Shown: positions 1-13,320, counted from the first letter of the stretch. The stretch is 64,000 nt of DNA from Eledone cirrhosa (GCA_964016885.1 OZ024750.1:24676001-24740000); one strand, 5' to 3'. A program made the numbers and translations. The notes: generated by a model from the sequence alone, not told the origin.

Positions 1-59
1 GAGTTTCTATGTAGCTGGATTAGAAGAAAAAGAACATTTAAGAAAGAAAGAAAGAAACA

Positions 60-90
<31 letters not shown>

Positions 91-269
91 GAAGAAAGTT
101 AGGAAGAAACAAAGAAAAAAATGAATGAAAAATATCGTAATTTGGAAAACAGTTATACGAAAGTATAAAAATCGTTCAGAATGAATGAGAAAAGATAAAT
201 AAACAAATGATTTTCGTCAAATCGGACCCAGGAAACAATGTTTCCAATTGCTAATACTATCTATCGGTC

Positions 270-405
270 GCAACTCCAGGTAGAAGGAGCAACGTGAAAT
301 AAAATGTCTTGCTCGAGGACATAACGCATCGCCCGGTCCAGGAATTGAACTCACAACCTCGCGATTACGAATCCTATTCTCTAACCTCTCAGCCACGCGC
401 CTTCT
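270..405 (-). mobile_element. tRNA-derived SINE, family B (CORE-like body), 5' part
   Basis: Reverse complement starts GAAGGCGCGTGGCTGAGAGGTTAGAG...GAGTTCAATTCC (A/B-box-like), then GTCCTCGAGCAAGACATTTTATTTCACGTTGCTCC; homologous to 4993-5270 and 13170-13320. Confidence 0.75.
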
Positions 406-423
406 GTATATTGCCAGAAATAA

Positions 424-607
424 TAATTGTTTCTACTTTTTGGCACAAGGCCAGCAATTATCACAGTGTATTACTGGTACTTTATTTTATCAACCCCGTA
501 AGGATGAAAGGCAAAGTTAACCTCGGCCGGGATTTGAACTCAGTCCGTAAAGGGACGTAACTGTGCTGCAAAGCATGGCGTCCGACCCTCTACCGATACT
601 GCCAATA
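424..607 (-). mobile_element. tRNA-derived SINE, family A
   Basis: Reverse complement matches the recurrent TTGGCAGTATCGGTAGAGGGTCGGACGCCATGC...GAGTTCAAATCCC...TTTGCCTTTCATCC...ATAAAATAAAGTACCAG family. Confidence 0.85.
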
Positions 608-773
608 ATAATAAAACACGTTCACTGTTTGGTTTGGATTGGTTTTTCGCTTCTGTATCTTTTATATCTCTATAGCTAATCTAATTTACCTGGTAATCAA
701 TGTTTCTCATTGATTGACCAGCGGTTTAAAATACAGATATAAATAAAAATATAAATATATATCTATATATATA

Positions 774-890
<117 letters not shown>

Positions 891-1024
891 GCAGAGGTTA
901 TATTTAATTTGTTGGGATTCAACAAGCTTAAAAAAATTTATAACTGATGTAAAGCACTCAACAATTAAGTAGAGTAAATACACAATATATCAATAAATGG
1001 AAACTATATTTATAAAACCATATT

Positions 1025-1090
1025 TATTTTATTATATATATTTCAAGGGCAACCAAGGCAAATTATGGTGCGCTTTCATCAGATAAAATA
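1025..1090 (-). ncRNA. Type I hammerhead ribozyme (family C)
   Basis: Minus strand: UAUUUUAU CUGAUGA AAG...CUU GAAA UAUAUAUA AUAAAAUA; 8-bp stem I, palindromic minimal stem III, AUA cleavage triplet. Confidence 0.8.
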
Positions 1091-1272
1091 TAATTTGCAT
1101 ACTCACTCATAACTTTGTATTACCCTCAATAAAATATTATCTCCACTATCCAGGAAGCTCCAACTGTTAAGGTTGTCTTTTTTTCCGGGTATGTCAATAT
1201 TTATTTATAAAACAAATCTGTATTTTATCTGATGAAAGCGCACCATAATTTGCCTTGGTTGCCCTTGAAATA

Positions 1273-1662
1273 TCTTTATATATATAAAAGCGAGGATGTG
1301 TGTGTGTCTGTGTACAACTTGGCATGCATAAGGCTTTCACAATTACCAACTGAATTTGACCAAATTTTCTGTCCACGTTGTACAGGTCGATAAGATTGTT
1401 ACATCCCAAACATTTTTCAAATCGACCCACGATATCAAAATTATCGGTAGAAAAATTGATGTAAGGGAGATAACAACCTTTATTGACAATCCTTATAAAA
1501 AAGGGAGATAACCTTTTCACCAAATATATTCGTTTGCATTAATTATTGAAGACTTCTGCTTATTTTGACAGGTTGGGGACAAATAATGTTCTTCTTTTAC
1601 TTCCTAGCTGTATATTCTTAGCATAATTTCAAACCCCGAGCAACGCCGGGTAAATCTGCTAG
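1273..1662 (+). mobile_element. Non-autonomous Helitron (~390 bp)
   Basis: Starts TC, ends CTAG, subterminal GC hairpin CCCGAGCAACGCCGGG; inserted between A and T with no TSD; removing it restores GAAATATATATAATAAAATA of the hammerhead. Confidence 0.85.
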
Positions 1663-1714
1663 TATATAATAAAATAAATATGGTTTTATAAATATAGTTT
1701 CCATTTATTAATAT

Positions 1715-1779
<65 letters not shown>

Positions 1780-2049
1780 TATCAAAGTTCTTTTATCACA
1801 CACCTGAGACATCATCAGTAATACTATTATGTTTCATCCCGTTGTATTGTAATGACTACGCTATATATTCCGAAGGAATACAAATCGTTGAGTGCTTTAC
1901 ATCTGTTTGCGAAAAAGATCTAGATTATTTGATCAGCCAACTTCCATCAACTGAATAATAAATATATATATATAACTTCCGGTTATGTCAATCAACCGAA
2001 ATTAACGCACCTAGAACGTTTCTTTAAATAATAACGTTTTATCTTTCTA

Positions 2050-2193
2050 GGCCAGCCGCAGGTGGTAGCCTGGCGAGTTGGAATGGCTCTTCCAGCACAT
2101 CTCCCTTACCATCCTCCGGGGAAACGCCATCTCCATCCTGTCCGCCGGGGCTGTGGGGAGGCCAGCATGTGGGACCCCATTTGCTCACCATAC
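2050..2193. repeat. Unclassified GC-rich dispersed repeat (short copy)
   Basis: Near-identical to 26300-26450; both copies share the ...GGGACCCCATTTGCTCACCATAC end. Confidence 0.7.
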
Positions 2194-3730
2194 GGATTAA
2201 TAGGCAAAGTTATAAACTATTGTTTCCACCGGTTGGAAGTCGGTGTTACATACAAAAGATTATTGAGTGAAATATCCTAGATAAGAGGAAACATATCAAG
2301 CGTTTGTTGTAGTAGTCACACTGCTTTTCTTGTTCCTTTACCACTTACTAAAACGGAGTTGAATTGTTTTGTGGTGGTTCAAATTACATCAGATTTTGGT
2401 TAAACACAACAAACGGAAACCTACATACGATTACGTCATAGTAATATTTCCTCTGGCTCTACATCTGGACATCTGAAGATGAATTTAGACCATTTACTAG
2501 TCGTCCCATTCCGACAATAATCTTAACTATAATAAAGAAAGGAGTGCGGGACTGCGTCCAGAATATATTTTTTTACCCTGTTTGTAAAATAAGTTGGATT
2601 ACTTTGAATAAATAATGAATGAATATTACATAATGTATGCGCTAAATTTCGTGGCTGTTGATTAAATATATTTTATAGCTTATTTAAAGATTCACTTCTT
2701 TAAAATTTTTAAATGTCAACAATTCCGGTTAGCAGCCGTCATATTATAAAAATACCGCATATATTTCCGTCGCTAATTTTCTCCTAATGCAGTTTATATA
2801 AAATATCGTCTTCTTTTAAATGTATCATGGATTACTTTACTGATTACAGAAGACAGTGTAACATAGACTTCGTTCAATTTCTGTGTATATTGTCAATTAC
2901 GATTTCATTTGATGTATCATATCTACATGCATAAATATTTGTGTATAATATCAATATACACACTACACATGCTAGCAGAAAACCACCCGAGAGTAGTTTT
3001 TCTGCTAGTTATGGTAATAACGTTGAACATATTTAATATTTGAAGTCACGTTGCCTTATATTTAAGTTTTACTGAACATTTGAAAACCCTATAAATTAAA
3101 AAAATTGTGTTTTTTTTTTATAAATGGTCTGCATGTTAGAAAACCTATAGTTTATATTGATTGACAAGTAATTTAGGAATAAAAGGATATTTTAATCATT
3201 TAAAAAAAAACAAAAAAAACTTAATCCTTCTATTGGTAATTAGTATGGTACGTGTTTCATGTTTTTCTAGACTCCTTCATCAGTGGCGCATATTGTTGAA
3301 ATATATATTCAGATTTATTTTGTGTTCTGAAGATGAAGTCCGATCATAGTTCGATTTTATTATCACCTGGGCCTATCGATTCAAAAATTGATAGGTTTTG
3401 TTTTTATGGATCGAATTGTGATTTGGCCTTGTAAGCAAATAAAGACTTTTTCAAGAATTTGGTTGTTTATTCTCCCACAAATCAGGGTAGTACTCTACGC
3501 ATGGGAAGAAGCAGAGTGGAGAACTAATTCCGGCCCAAATCCTTTTAGTTGTGGTCATTTCCCGATCCCCATTGGGAATCTAACCTTATCTATATATATA
3601 TATAATTGGTGTGGGATGCTTAAAGCGTCCGTATGCGGTAGGCCGTTTGAGCACTCGATGCTCTTACAGAGCAGAGTATAATATCACATAAGAAACGGAG
3701 AATCAGTGGTGCGACGAATAAAATTTATTA

Positions 3731-3825
3731 GACATATTACAATCGTTTCTCTGGCGACCAGCTCGAGGCACGATCGTTGCAATGATCGAACCTGACTCTG
3801 AAATCGCAAGATCCTCAGATACGTC
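3731..3825 (-). ncRNA. Type I hammerhead ribozyme with extended stem II (family D)
   Basis: Minus strand: GACGUAU CUGAGGA UCU...AGA GAAA CGAUUG UA AUAUGUC, followed by AAUAAA; homologue at 20418-20510. Confidence 0.75.
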
Positions 3826-4251
3826 TCGATTCTTCGAAGCAAAGCAGAGTTTGGAAACATCTACTCTGTGATTGTGTGCTTGTGTGTTATTTAATACAGC
3901 CAAAACGGCGCATAATGCGAAAATACTTTGTTGCCTCTGAAATGGGAATACAAATGGAATAAAACAAGTTTCACATAAATCAGAGCACTGGTTCCCAAGA
4001 TACGGCCTTTTTCCGAGTACCTTCATAAATAGAGAGAGAGAGAAGCCACATATATATATACACACGAACACACACATATATATGTACACACACACATACA
4101 AACACACATTATATGGGCCTTCCAATTTCTTTTTACATTATATACATGTCTGTGTATATTTTAGTTATTTAAAAATTATTTTTAAGTTAACGTGATTTTT
4201 AAAAAATATTTTTATGTGAATGTGACCCAACGGGTCAAGGGTGATCTAATT

Positions 4252-4314
<63 letters not shown>

Positions 4315-4645
4315 GCCTTCATTTGTGTGTGTAAGTGTGTGAGCGTGCGTATCTTCTGTCGTCTGCTTCTAAGAATATTCGCTGTGTTACTCAATACGTT
4401 TCTTTTTTTATCATCAAATGTTCAAGTCTGTTCAATAATTTACGTTCATGTATTATGTCTATCCAAATACATACACATGCATATATATACATCTAAACAC
4501 ACGTATGCTTATAGCTGCACACACACATACACTACTTTGGGCAGGTCACGCTGTCAATATAAACACGTGCATTGATTAAGTTATATTGGTATTAGTCAGG
4601 TAACTAATCAAATCATTGGTTGCTTTAGTAGACAGATAATTATCT

Positions 4646-4696
4646 AATTGTCAAAGTTCTTTCATCACCCATTCTGTGACCTTCTCAATGACTATT
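4646..4696 (-). ncRNA. Hammerhead-like motif with U3-A8 core (family E)
   Basis: Minus strand: AAUAGUCA UUGAGAA G GUCAC-AGAAUGG-GUGAU GAAA GAACUU UGACAAUU; a core-deleted relative lies at ~47011-47050. Confidence 0.55.
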
Positions 4697-4944
4697 TTGC
4701 TCCGTTCTGTGTCCTCTTCTGCCTTTAGATTCTGTGCCAGTTGTTTCATATTTTTACTAAACCAACTGATGAATGGATTAGTTATTTAACTAATTATTCA
4801 ATTAATTAGTTATTTCACTAAAACTAAAGTGAAACTCAACTGGGAGGTGTGTTTTTATTGACACAATGATAAAGGATATATTTATATATATTCTTTTATT
4901 CCTTATCCTGTTCCAACCCGCAAGCTGCGGTCATGCTGGGGCTC

Positions 4945-4991
<47 letters not shown>

Positions 4992-4992
4992 G

Positions 4993-5267
4993 TGGAGGCA
5001 CGTGGCCTAGTGGTAAGGGTGTTGGACTTACGATCATAAGTTGTGGGTTAGATTCCTGCGTTGCTTATTGTATTCTTGAGCAAAACACTTCATTTCACGT
5101 TGTCCCAGTATACTTAGCTGAAAATGAGTACCAGCAATAGGTGGGGGTTTAACCCTGCGATAGACTGGCGTCCTGTCCAGGGGGAATTCTTGTACTCTCA
5201 GTCGCTTCACGCCATGAAACCTGGATAAGCACCGGCCAAATGAGCCTGCTCGCTTAAGACAGACTTT

Positions 5268-5270
<3 letters not shown>
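4993..5270 (+). mobile_element. tRNA-derived SINE, family B
   Basis: GGAGGCACGTGGCCTAGTGGTAAGGG (A box)...GGTTAGATTCC (B-box-like), then TTCTTGAGCAAAACACTTCATTTCACG. Confidence 0.8.
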
Positions 5271-5326
<56 letters not shown>

Positions 5327-5356
5327 ACGTATATATATATATATACATGCATACAG

Positions 5357-5392
<36 letters not shown>

Positions 5393-6231
5393 CACATGAT
5401 TCCGGGTAATGCATGCAATTCCGAGCTCGATATGAAGACTTTCGAGGATCACTCGACCTGCTAGAAATAGCTGTCAAAACTATCTTAAAACACGTTTTAT
5501 GCTTTTATGCAAAGATCTGCATATTCCTGCTCATGCATACTTGCATTATTAAGTATGTGTGTAAATGTAGGACCTCCCACGTGTGCATGTACGTGCGTGT
5601 GCTCATGCAAATATGCATTATCAAGTATGTATGTGAATGTGCGAAAGGCTTTGTATGTGTGTGTGCGTGAGTATCTAGGTGCCTACGTGCGCAAACGCCG
5701 TTATGAATCTGTGTATTCATGTGTATGTGTGTGAGTGCGTGTGCGTATGTGTGTGCGTGTGTGCGCGCGTATGTGTGTGTATGTGTGCGTATGTGTGTGC
5801 GTGCGTGCGTGCGTGTGCGTGCGCGTGTGTGCGCGTATGTGCGTGTGTGTGTGTGTGTGTGTGCGCGTATGTGTGTGTATGTGCGTGTGTGTGTGTGTGC
5901 GCGTGTGTGTGTGTGTGTGTGTGTGCACATGCAATTAAGTATAAGCGCTGTGTGCAGAGGAGCGGCTGTATGCATATGCCCATATTCGATCCGTGTGAGT
6001 ATGTGTGTAATGATATGTCAATGTGTTTATGTAGATTCGTGTATGTATGTATGTGTATACATTCGTCGTTGTATATGTGTATGTTTGTGAGTGCGGTAGC
6101 GGTGGGTAAATGTTTCAATGTCTCTATGTGATAGTAGAATATTCTGAAATGGCGAACGAGGAAAACGAAAGGGAGCAAGAAAAGAGAAGAAAACGTGGGT
6201 AGCAGCATGGGGGTGGAGGTGTGGGACAGAA

Positions 6232-6287
<56 letters not shown>

Positions 6288-6409
6288 GAAGAAATAGAGA
6301 AAGATAGAGAAATAAATGAATGAACGAAAGGTAAACTAATAGAAAGATGGGAATGGGCGGGAGGGGCAGGAGAAGAAGGAGGGGGAAGGTGAGGGTTGGA
6401 TGGAAGAGT

Positions 6410-6700
6410 CTTTAAGTGAAAGAAGACGGAGTCGTCGGATGTGTGGGGGGAGGAGGAAGAGGGGGGAGGAAGGGGAGGGAGGTGTGGGGGTGGATGGAAA
6501 AAGACTAAGTGAAAGAAGACGGTGTCGTCGGAGGAGGAGGAGGGGGAAGAGGGGGAAGGAGGAGGGGTTGGATGGAAAAAAAAAGACTTTAAGTGAAAGA
6601 AGACGGAGTCGTCGAAGGAGGTGGGGGGGGGGGGAGGAAGGGGGGGGGGGGTTGGATGGAAAAAGAAGATTTTAAGTGAAAGAAGACGGAGTCGTCGGAG
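6410..6700 (+). repeat. Purine-rich degenerate tandem repeat, 4 units
   Basis: TAAGTGAAAGAAGACGGAGTCGTCGGA recurs four times, separated by G/A runs. Confidence 0.8.
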
Positions 6701-6850
6701 TTGTGAGGAGAGTGAGGAGAGGGATGAGGAGGAGGAGGAGGGAAGGAAGAGAGAAGCTAGAAGTATAGAAGGGAGGCGGAGGTGGAGGAAGGTAATCCCC
6801 CGGATGTTGGACCGTCTGACATTACATTTGCTTATGAACAGCATCTAAAG

Positions 6851-6905
6851 ATGGATGTAAGTCCCCTCTTCTCGCTGCTATTTCTGCTCGGCCTCATTGA
6901 AAGAG
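6851..6905 (+). CDS. Candidate first coding exon of a secreted or membrane protein (MDVSPLFSLLFLLGLIER, phase-1 donor)
   Basis: AAG-ATG-G start context, hydrophobic signal-peptide-like stretch, strong AG|GTAAGT donor at 6905/6906, possible acceptor CAG at 6839-6841. No downstream exons confidently identified. Confidence 0.35.
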
Positions 6906-7069
6906 GTAAGTGTGATTGGATTTCTCTATTTTTTTTTCTTCTATATCTATATATCCAGTTCTTCCACATGTCTTCCCTTATCTCTTTACCATTCTTCTTA
7001 TCTTTGTATGTGTTATTCATTCTTTGTAAATAATAAATACATAATGAGGCAAACCAATTGACCAATTCC

Positions 7070-8590
7070 GTTTATTTACATAGTAAAAGAAAATTGTTGT
7101 TTACTTACTTACATAGCAAAACCAAACCATCATTCATTTATATAGTAAAACCAAACTATTATTTATTTACATAGCAAAACCAAACCATCATTCATTTATA
7201 TAGTAAAACCAAACTATTATTTATTTACATAGCAAAACCAAACCATCATTCATTTATATAGTAAAACCAAACTATTATTTATTTACATAGCAAAACCAAA
7301 ACATCATTCATTTATATAGTAAAACCAAACTATTATTTATTTACATAGCAAAACCAAACCATCATTCATTTATATAGTAAAACCAAACTATTATTTATTT
7401 ACATAACAAAACCAAACCATCATTCATTTATATAGTAAAACCAAACTATTATTTATTTACATAGCAAAACCAAACCATCATTCATTTATATAGTAAAACC
7501 AAACTATTATTTATTTACATAGCAAAACCAAACCATCATTCATTTATATAGTAAAACCAAACTATTATTTATTTACATAGCAAAACCAAACCATCATTCA
7601 TTTATATAGTAAAACCAAACTATTATTTATTTACATAGCAAAACCAAACCATCATTCATTTATATAGTAAAACCAAACTATTATTTATTTACATAGCAAA
7701 ACCAAACCATCATTCATTTATATAGTAAAACCAAACTATTATTTATTTACATAGCAAAACCAAACCATCATTCATTTATATAGTAAAACCAAACTATTAT
7801 TTATTTACATAGCAAAACCAAACCATCATTCATTTATATAGTAAAAGAAAACTATTATTTATTTACATAGCAAAACCAAACCATCATTCATTTATATAGT
7901 AAAACCAAACTATTATTTATTTACATAGCAAAACCAAACCATCATTCATTTATATAGTAAAAGAAAACTATTATTTATTTACATCGCAAAACCAAACCAT
8001 CATTCATTTATATAGTAAAACCAAACTATTATTTATTTACATAGCAAAACCAAAACATCATTCATTTATATAGTAAAACCAAACTATTATTTATTTACAT
8101 AGCAAAACCAAACCATCATTCATTTATATAGTAAAACCAAACTATTATTTATTTACATAGCAAAACCAAACCATCATTCATTTATATAGTAAAAGAAAAC
8201 TATTATTTATTTACATCGCAAAACCAAACCATCATTCATTTATATAGTAAAACCAAACTATTATTTATTTACATAGCAAAACCAAACCATCATTCATTTA
8301 TATAGTAAAACCAAACTATTATTTATTTACATAGCAAAACCAAACCATCATTCATTTATATAGTAAAAGAAAACTATTATTTATTTACATAGCAAAACCA
8401 AACCATCATTCATTTATATAGTAAAACCAAACTATTATTTATTTACATAGCAAAACCAAACCATCATTCATTTATATAGTAAAAGAAAACTATTATTTAT
8501 TTACATAGCAAAACCAAACCATCATTCATTTATATAGTAAAACCAAACTATTATTTATTTACATAGCAAAACCAAACTAGTTTTATTTTA
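7070..8590 (+). repeat. 58-bp minisatellite (dimer of two 29-bp subunits), ~26 copies
   Basis: ATAGCAAAACCAAACCATCATTCATTTAT and ATAGTAAAACCAAACTATTATTTATTTAC alternate; period measured 7171 to 7229. Confidence 0.95.
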
Positions 8591-8747
8591 CAGAACCAAA
8601 AACTTTCAAGAACCACGTTGTTGTTTTTGTTGTTGTTTTGTTGCTTTTCATTGTTTTTGTTTAGCTTTTGTGTTTGTTATTTTGTACTCTTTATTATTTT
8701 GTCAGGTTGTATTTATTTATTTCATCTCATCTCCCATCCTCCCACCA

Positions 8748-8818
<71 letters not shown>

Positions 8819-8830
8819 TATAGTATAATA

Positions 8831-8925
8831 TAGAAATGGCTTCTACAAGACTAGAACTGTTTCATTCGAAGGAAATCTTCGTATATACTCTACTTTGTAT
8901 TAAGTACCTTACTTACTGTGGTTAC
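8831..8925. mobile_element. PLE family B remnant (partial hammerhead on -, tail on +)
   Basis: Homologous to both arms of 11746-11947 with a central deletion. Confidence 0.65.
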
Positions 8926-8940
8926 ACACACACTCACACA

Positions 8941-9023
<83 letters not shown>

Positions 9024-9040
9024 GCACGCACGCACACACA

Positions 9041-9101
<61 letters not shown>

Positions 9102-9509
9102 CGCTATAGTTATAAATAGTATAACACCTGTGTACATGCGAGCTTTCTCGATTTTTTTTTCTCAACTTTTTTCCTACCATATGATTTCTTTTTCTTTTTC
9201 GCGCCTCTTCTTCTCAATCGATATTTCACAGTTTCTTCTCTCACTTCATATTCTTATATCCAATCTCCTCTTGGTTCTTTCATTTATTTTTGTCTTTATA
9301 TCTCTATATTCCATGTTTCTCATTCTATCTCTACCATTTTTTTTCTTTCAGTCTCTCTCTATTTTTCTTCTTCTCACCTTCTCTGCTTATCTATCGCAAT
9401 CTGTCGAAAGATCTGTCTTTCATTTTTCTGTTTTTCAACATCACTTGTCTTACTCTTTTACCGAGAGAACTATGCTTATATGTACTCACACCCACACATA
9501 TATGTGTGT

Positions 9510-9589
<80 letters not shown>

Positions 9590-9632
9590 TATATATGTGT
9601 GTGTGTGTGTGTGAATAAAGAAAAAGAATGAC

Positions 9633-9971
9633 TAATCGATGTTTATCTGGGGGTAAGCATAATCTTCACCGCAATTCTAGCCAAAACCTTACCCCCTAGT
9701 CGATGTTTATCTGGGGGTAAGCATAATCTTCACCGCAATTCTAGCCAAAACCTTACCCCCTAGTCGATGTTTACCTGGGGGTAAGCATAATCTTCACCGC
9801 AATTCTAGCCAAAACCTTACCCCCTAGTCGATGTTTATCTGGGGGTAAGCATAATCTTCACTGCAATTCTAGCCAAAACCTTACCCCCTAGTCGATGTTT
9901 ATCTGGGGGTAAGCATAATCTTCATTGCGATTCTTACTCCCCGCCTCCAAGTCGCTGTTTATCTGGGAGTA
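9633..9971 (+). repeat. 64-bp minisatellite, ~5 copies
   Basis: Period 9697 to 9761; each unit contains inverted GGGGGTAAG...CTTACCCCC. Confidence 0.9.
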
Positions 9972-10364
9972 AACAGAGGAGTTATTACATGATATCACCT
10001 AGCATCTGGAATCTGTTACCTTTCAGTACATATGTTTCCAAGAAAATGAAAATGAATGGAGTTTTTCCATGATTGCTCCAACTGCTAAACATAACAGCTT
10101 AAGCTACCTCAAAGTATATCTTCTCCCTCACTCTCTCTCTCTTACTGATTACTTGGGAGAGGAAAGGGCAATACCCATGGCACTTTTTCATGATTGCGCG
10201 GCTAGTAGGATTAAGGGAGTTAACCTCAGCAGGGAGGCCTGGCTCCTGAATTCTTCTAACAGAGAGGAAGGACACTTCGCTAAAAAAAAACCCAAAGAGC
10301 CATTTGGTATATTAAGCAGAGCGACGCATTAAATTACACTCCTGTGACATTAATATCACACATA

Positions 10365-10553
10365 CAGTTGTCCCTCGGTATTCGCGGGGTTACGTTCCTA
10401 GAGCACATGCGAAGAGTGAAAACCCGCGAATATTGTACGTGTTCCATAAAAGTGCCTATAAATGTTAAAACAATGTAAAATATAGGCCGGCAAATACGGT
10501 ATATTGTTACTAATAATTTAGCTTTAAAATACGTGAAATATATATATATATAA

Positions 10554-10619
<66 letters not shown>

Positions 10620-10758
10620 CCACGAAAAAAGCCATTAAAAAATCGCGGAAGATATTTAGGATTCCTCGAATATGCGGTGGTTTCCACGAAAGATTATTAG
10701 TTAGGTTCTAAGGAAAATTCCGCGAATAACCGGAACCGCGAATGCCGGGGATACACTG
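10365..10758. mobile_element. Tc1/mariner (pogo/Tigger-like) MITE
   Basis: Imperfect TIRs CAGTTGTCCCTCGGTATTCGCGG / CCGCGAATGCCGGGGATACACTG; TA on both sides; internal (TA)n. Confidence 0.8.
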
Positions 10759-11020
10759 TATATATACTTTTTAATGTGATCTTAGAGATACTCGATGGTG
10801 GAAAATAATATAGTAAGTTTGTATTGATTGTAGTACATTTGATCATTGAATGGTGAAGTAAAACTATACTAATGTTAAACAACAACACCAATCTAGATAT
10901 TTCTGCTTTAGTCTATCAATCTTTCCCTTAGCTTGTCTATTTGTATTTATGATCGTCTGCTGCTATATAACTATGTTTAAACTACCTATTTCTCTCCATG
11001 CTTTATACAACTACCAGTAC

Positions 11021-11024
11021 GTAG

Positions 11025-11055
<31 letters not shown>

Positions 11056-11548
11056 TGTATGTATGTATGTATGTATGTATGTATGTATGTATGTATGTAT
11101 GTATGTATGTGTGTGTATGTATGTATGCATGTATGTATGTATGTATGTATGTAGATGTGTGTGTATGTATGTATGTATGTATGTATGTAGGTATGTAGAT
11201 GTGTGTGTATGTATGTACGTAGATGTGTGTGTATGTATGTAGATATGTATGTATGTATGTATGTAGATGTGTGTTTATGTATGTATGTAGATGTGTGTGT
11301 ATGTATGTAGATATGTATGTATGTACGTAGATGTGTGTATATGTATGTAGATATGTATGTATGTATGTAGATGTGTGTTTATGTATGTATGTAGATGTGT
11401 GTGTATGTATGTAGATATGTATGTATGTATGTATGTTTGTATGTACGTAGATATGAATGTGTATGTGTAAGTTTGTATGTACGTACGTATGTATCACAGT
11501 GTTGTGTAGAGTATGTGTATGTATGTGAATGTAGAAGTATGTATGTAT
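11021..11548. repeat. (TATG)n compound microsatellite
   Basis: Directly visible. Confidence 0.95.
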
Positions 11549-11750
11549 GTTTATTGCCAAATATATAAAACTATTGTTGTTTTTGCTAATACTGTTATTA
11601 ATTAACCCTAGGCCAACTAAGATTGAGCAAAACCTATATATGATCAAATGCAGTCCAGCCATGACGAACCATCCTACTGTTTGGCTGGTTCTATATACAA
11701 GTCACGCCTCTTTCGCTGCATATATATATATATATATATAATATATAGAT

Positions 11751-11801
11751 GAGATTCTACAGGACTAGAACTGTTTCATTCTTTAGAAATCATCAGGAAT
11801 C
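11751..11801 (-). ncRNA. Type I hammerhead ribozyme (family B), inverted copy
   Basis: GAUUC CUGAUGA UUUC-UAAA-GAAU GAAA CAG-UUCUAGUC-CUG UA GAAUC. Confidence 0.75.
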
Positions 11802-11805
11802 ACCA

Positions 11806-11858
11806 GGGATTCCTGATGATTTCTAAAGAATGAAACAGTTCTAGTCCTGTAGAATCTC
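11806..11858 (+). ncRNA. Type I hammerhead ribozyme (family B)
   Basis: GGGAUUC CUGAUGA (11813-11819), short stem II, GAAA (11832-11835), CAG/CUG stem III, GUA cleavage after 11851, GAAUCUC closing a 7-bp stem I. Confidence 0.85.
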
Positions 11859-11946
11859 ATCTATATTAAAACTTTTATACACTGCAATGTATTGAGTACC
11901 TTACTTACTGTGGTTACCTCCGATTCAACCCGGAATACGGAATAAC

Positions 11947-12060
<114 letters not shown>

Positions 12061-12232
12061 GATAGTTATATATATAGTTGAAATAAGAACGAACAAAACA
12101 CAAGGGGCAATTGTACAGTTATATTATATATTTAATGTGTATACACACACACACACACACACACACATATTTATACATATATGTACACACAGAGACGCAC
12201 ACACTCGTGTGTATGTATCTCTCTCTGTCTGC

Positions 12233-12310
<78 letters not shown>

Positions 12311-12627
12311 CTCGCACCTCGACTTCTACAAAACAACTTCCACCTCCACACCCATAACGTGAAACTACAATACTACATTACTATATTTCTACCAAAATAT
12401 CATCTAAGAACATTCGAGACAATCAAAGATATAGAAATGAATACAATTCCTAGATTCGATTCTCTTGTCTGTAAATCTGTTTATATTCTTAGTATCAGTG
12501 GAATGAAGCGTTGAACTTCTTTATTTGACATTCCCGTTGAAAGTGAAAGCACCGTAAAATGAATATTGATTTACATGTTAGGCACGGGGACACCATAATA
12601 CATCTCTTGATCGACGTGTGGGTGGGC

Positions 12628-12661
<34 letters not shown>

Positions 12662-12663
<2 letters not shown>

Positions 12664-12851
12664 CGAGGGAAAAGTGGTAAGGAACCAGGTGGACCATAAC
12701 GCACCAAAGTACTCAATACTTAGGGTAGTAGAGTGGGTAATAGGAGTAAGTAAGACCCCGACGGCTGAGCTCAAGCCGTTTCGACGGCTAATTCTGACTC
12801 AGAATTAGCCGTCGAAACGGCTTGAGCTCAGCCGTCGGGCTCTTACTTACT

Positions 12852-12855
<4 letters not shown>
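12662..12855. mobile_element. PLE family A mini-insertion (long arm -, short arm +)
   Basis: Matches the 3' end (60204-60342) of the Naiad-type element; palindrome centre ~12798; (TA)n flanks. Confidence 0.85.
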
Positions 12856-12885
<30 letters not shown>

Positions 12886-12984
12886 GCAATGAAATACCTA
12901 TGACCGTTGGTAAATCACTGATGAGGGACTCATTTTATAACATGTTATCCATGTGCAACCATGCAGTATTCTTCTTCCCATTTG

Positions 12985-13039
<55 letters not shown>

Positions 13040-13169
13040 TCATATATACTCTTTTACCTGTTTCAGCCAACCTACAAACTATACACTCCAGTAATATCAT
13101 GCATATGCCACCACCTCTCTATATACGTGGGTGTGCGTGTATTTTATGTGTATATACGAGTATATATGT

Positions 13170-13320
13170 GAAGGCGCATGGCTTAGTGGTTAAAGCTTAG
13201 TGGGCTTGCAATCTAAAGGTTGTGAGTTCAATTCTCGGACCGGCTGATGTGTTGTTTCCTTGAGCAAGACACTTTATTTCACGTTGCTCCAGTTTACTCA
13301 GCTGTAGAAATGAGTACCGG
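13170..13320 (+). mobile_element. tRNA-derived SINE, family B
   Basis: GAAGGCGCATGGCTTAGTGG...GAGTTCAATTCTC...TTGAGCAAGACAC. Confidence 0.8.

Larger units (their letters stand above)
891..1720. mobile_element. PLE 3'-end remnant, family C, inverted pair interrupted by a Helitron
   Basis: ~985-1097 (-) is mirrored by ~1215-1272 plus 1663-1720 (+); hammerhead motif in both arms; flanked by (TA)n. Confidence 0.7.

Noticed and set aside
2470-3390. CTGAAGA/CTGATGA motifs at ~2473, ~3277 (-) and ~3327
   Set aside because: No consistent GAAA, stem I and stem III; chance matches or too decayed. The same applies to ~31812. The motif at 56859-56915 is at best a decayed family C copy.
4993-5060. tRNA genes
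   Set aside because: The tRNA-like heads belong to SINEs; no complete cloverleaf.
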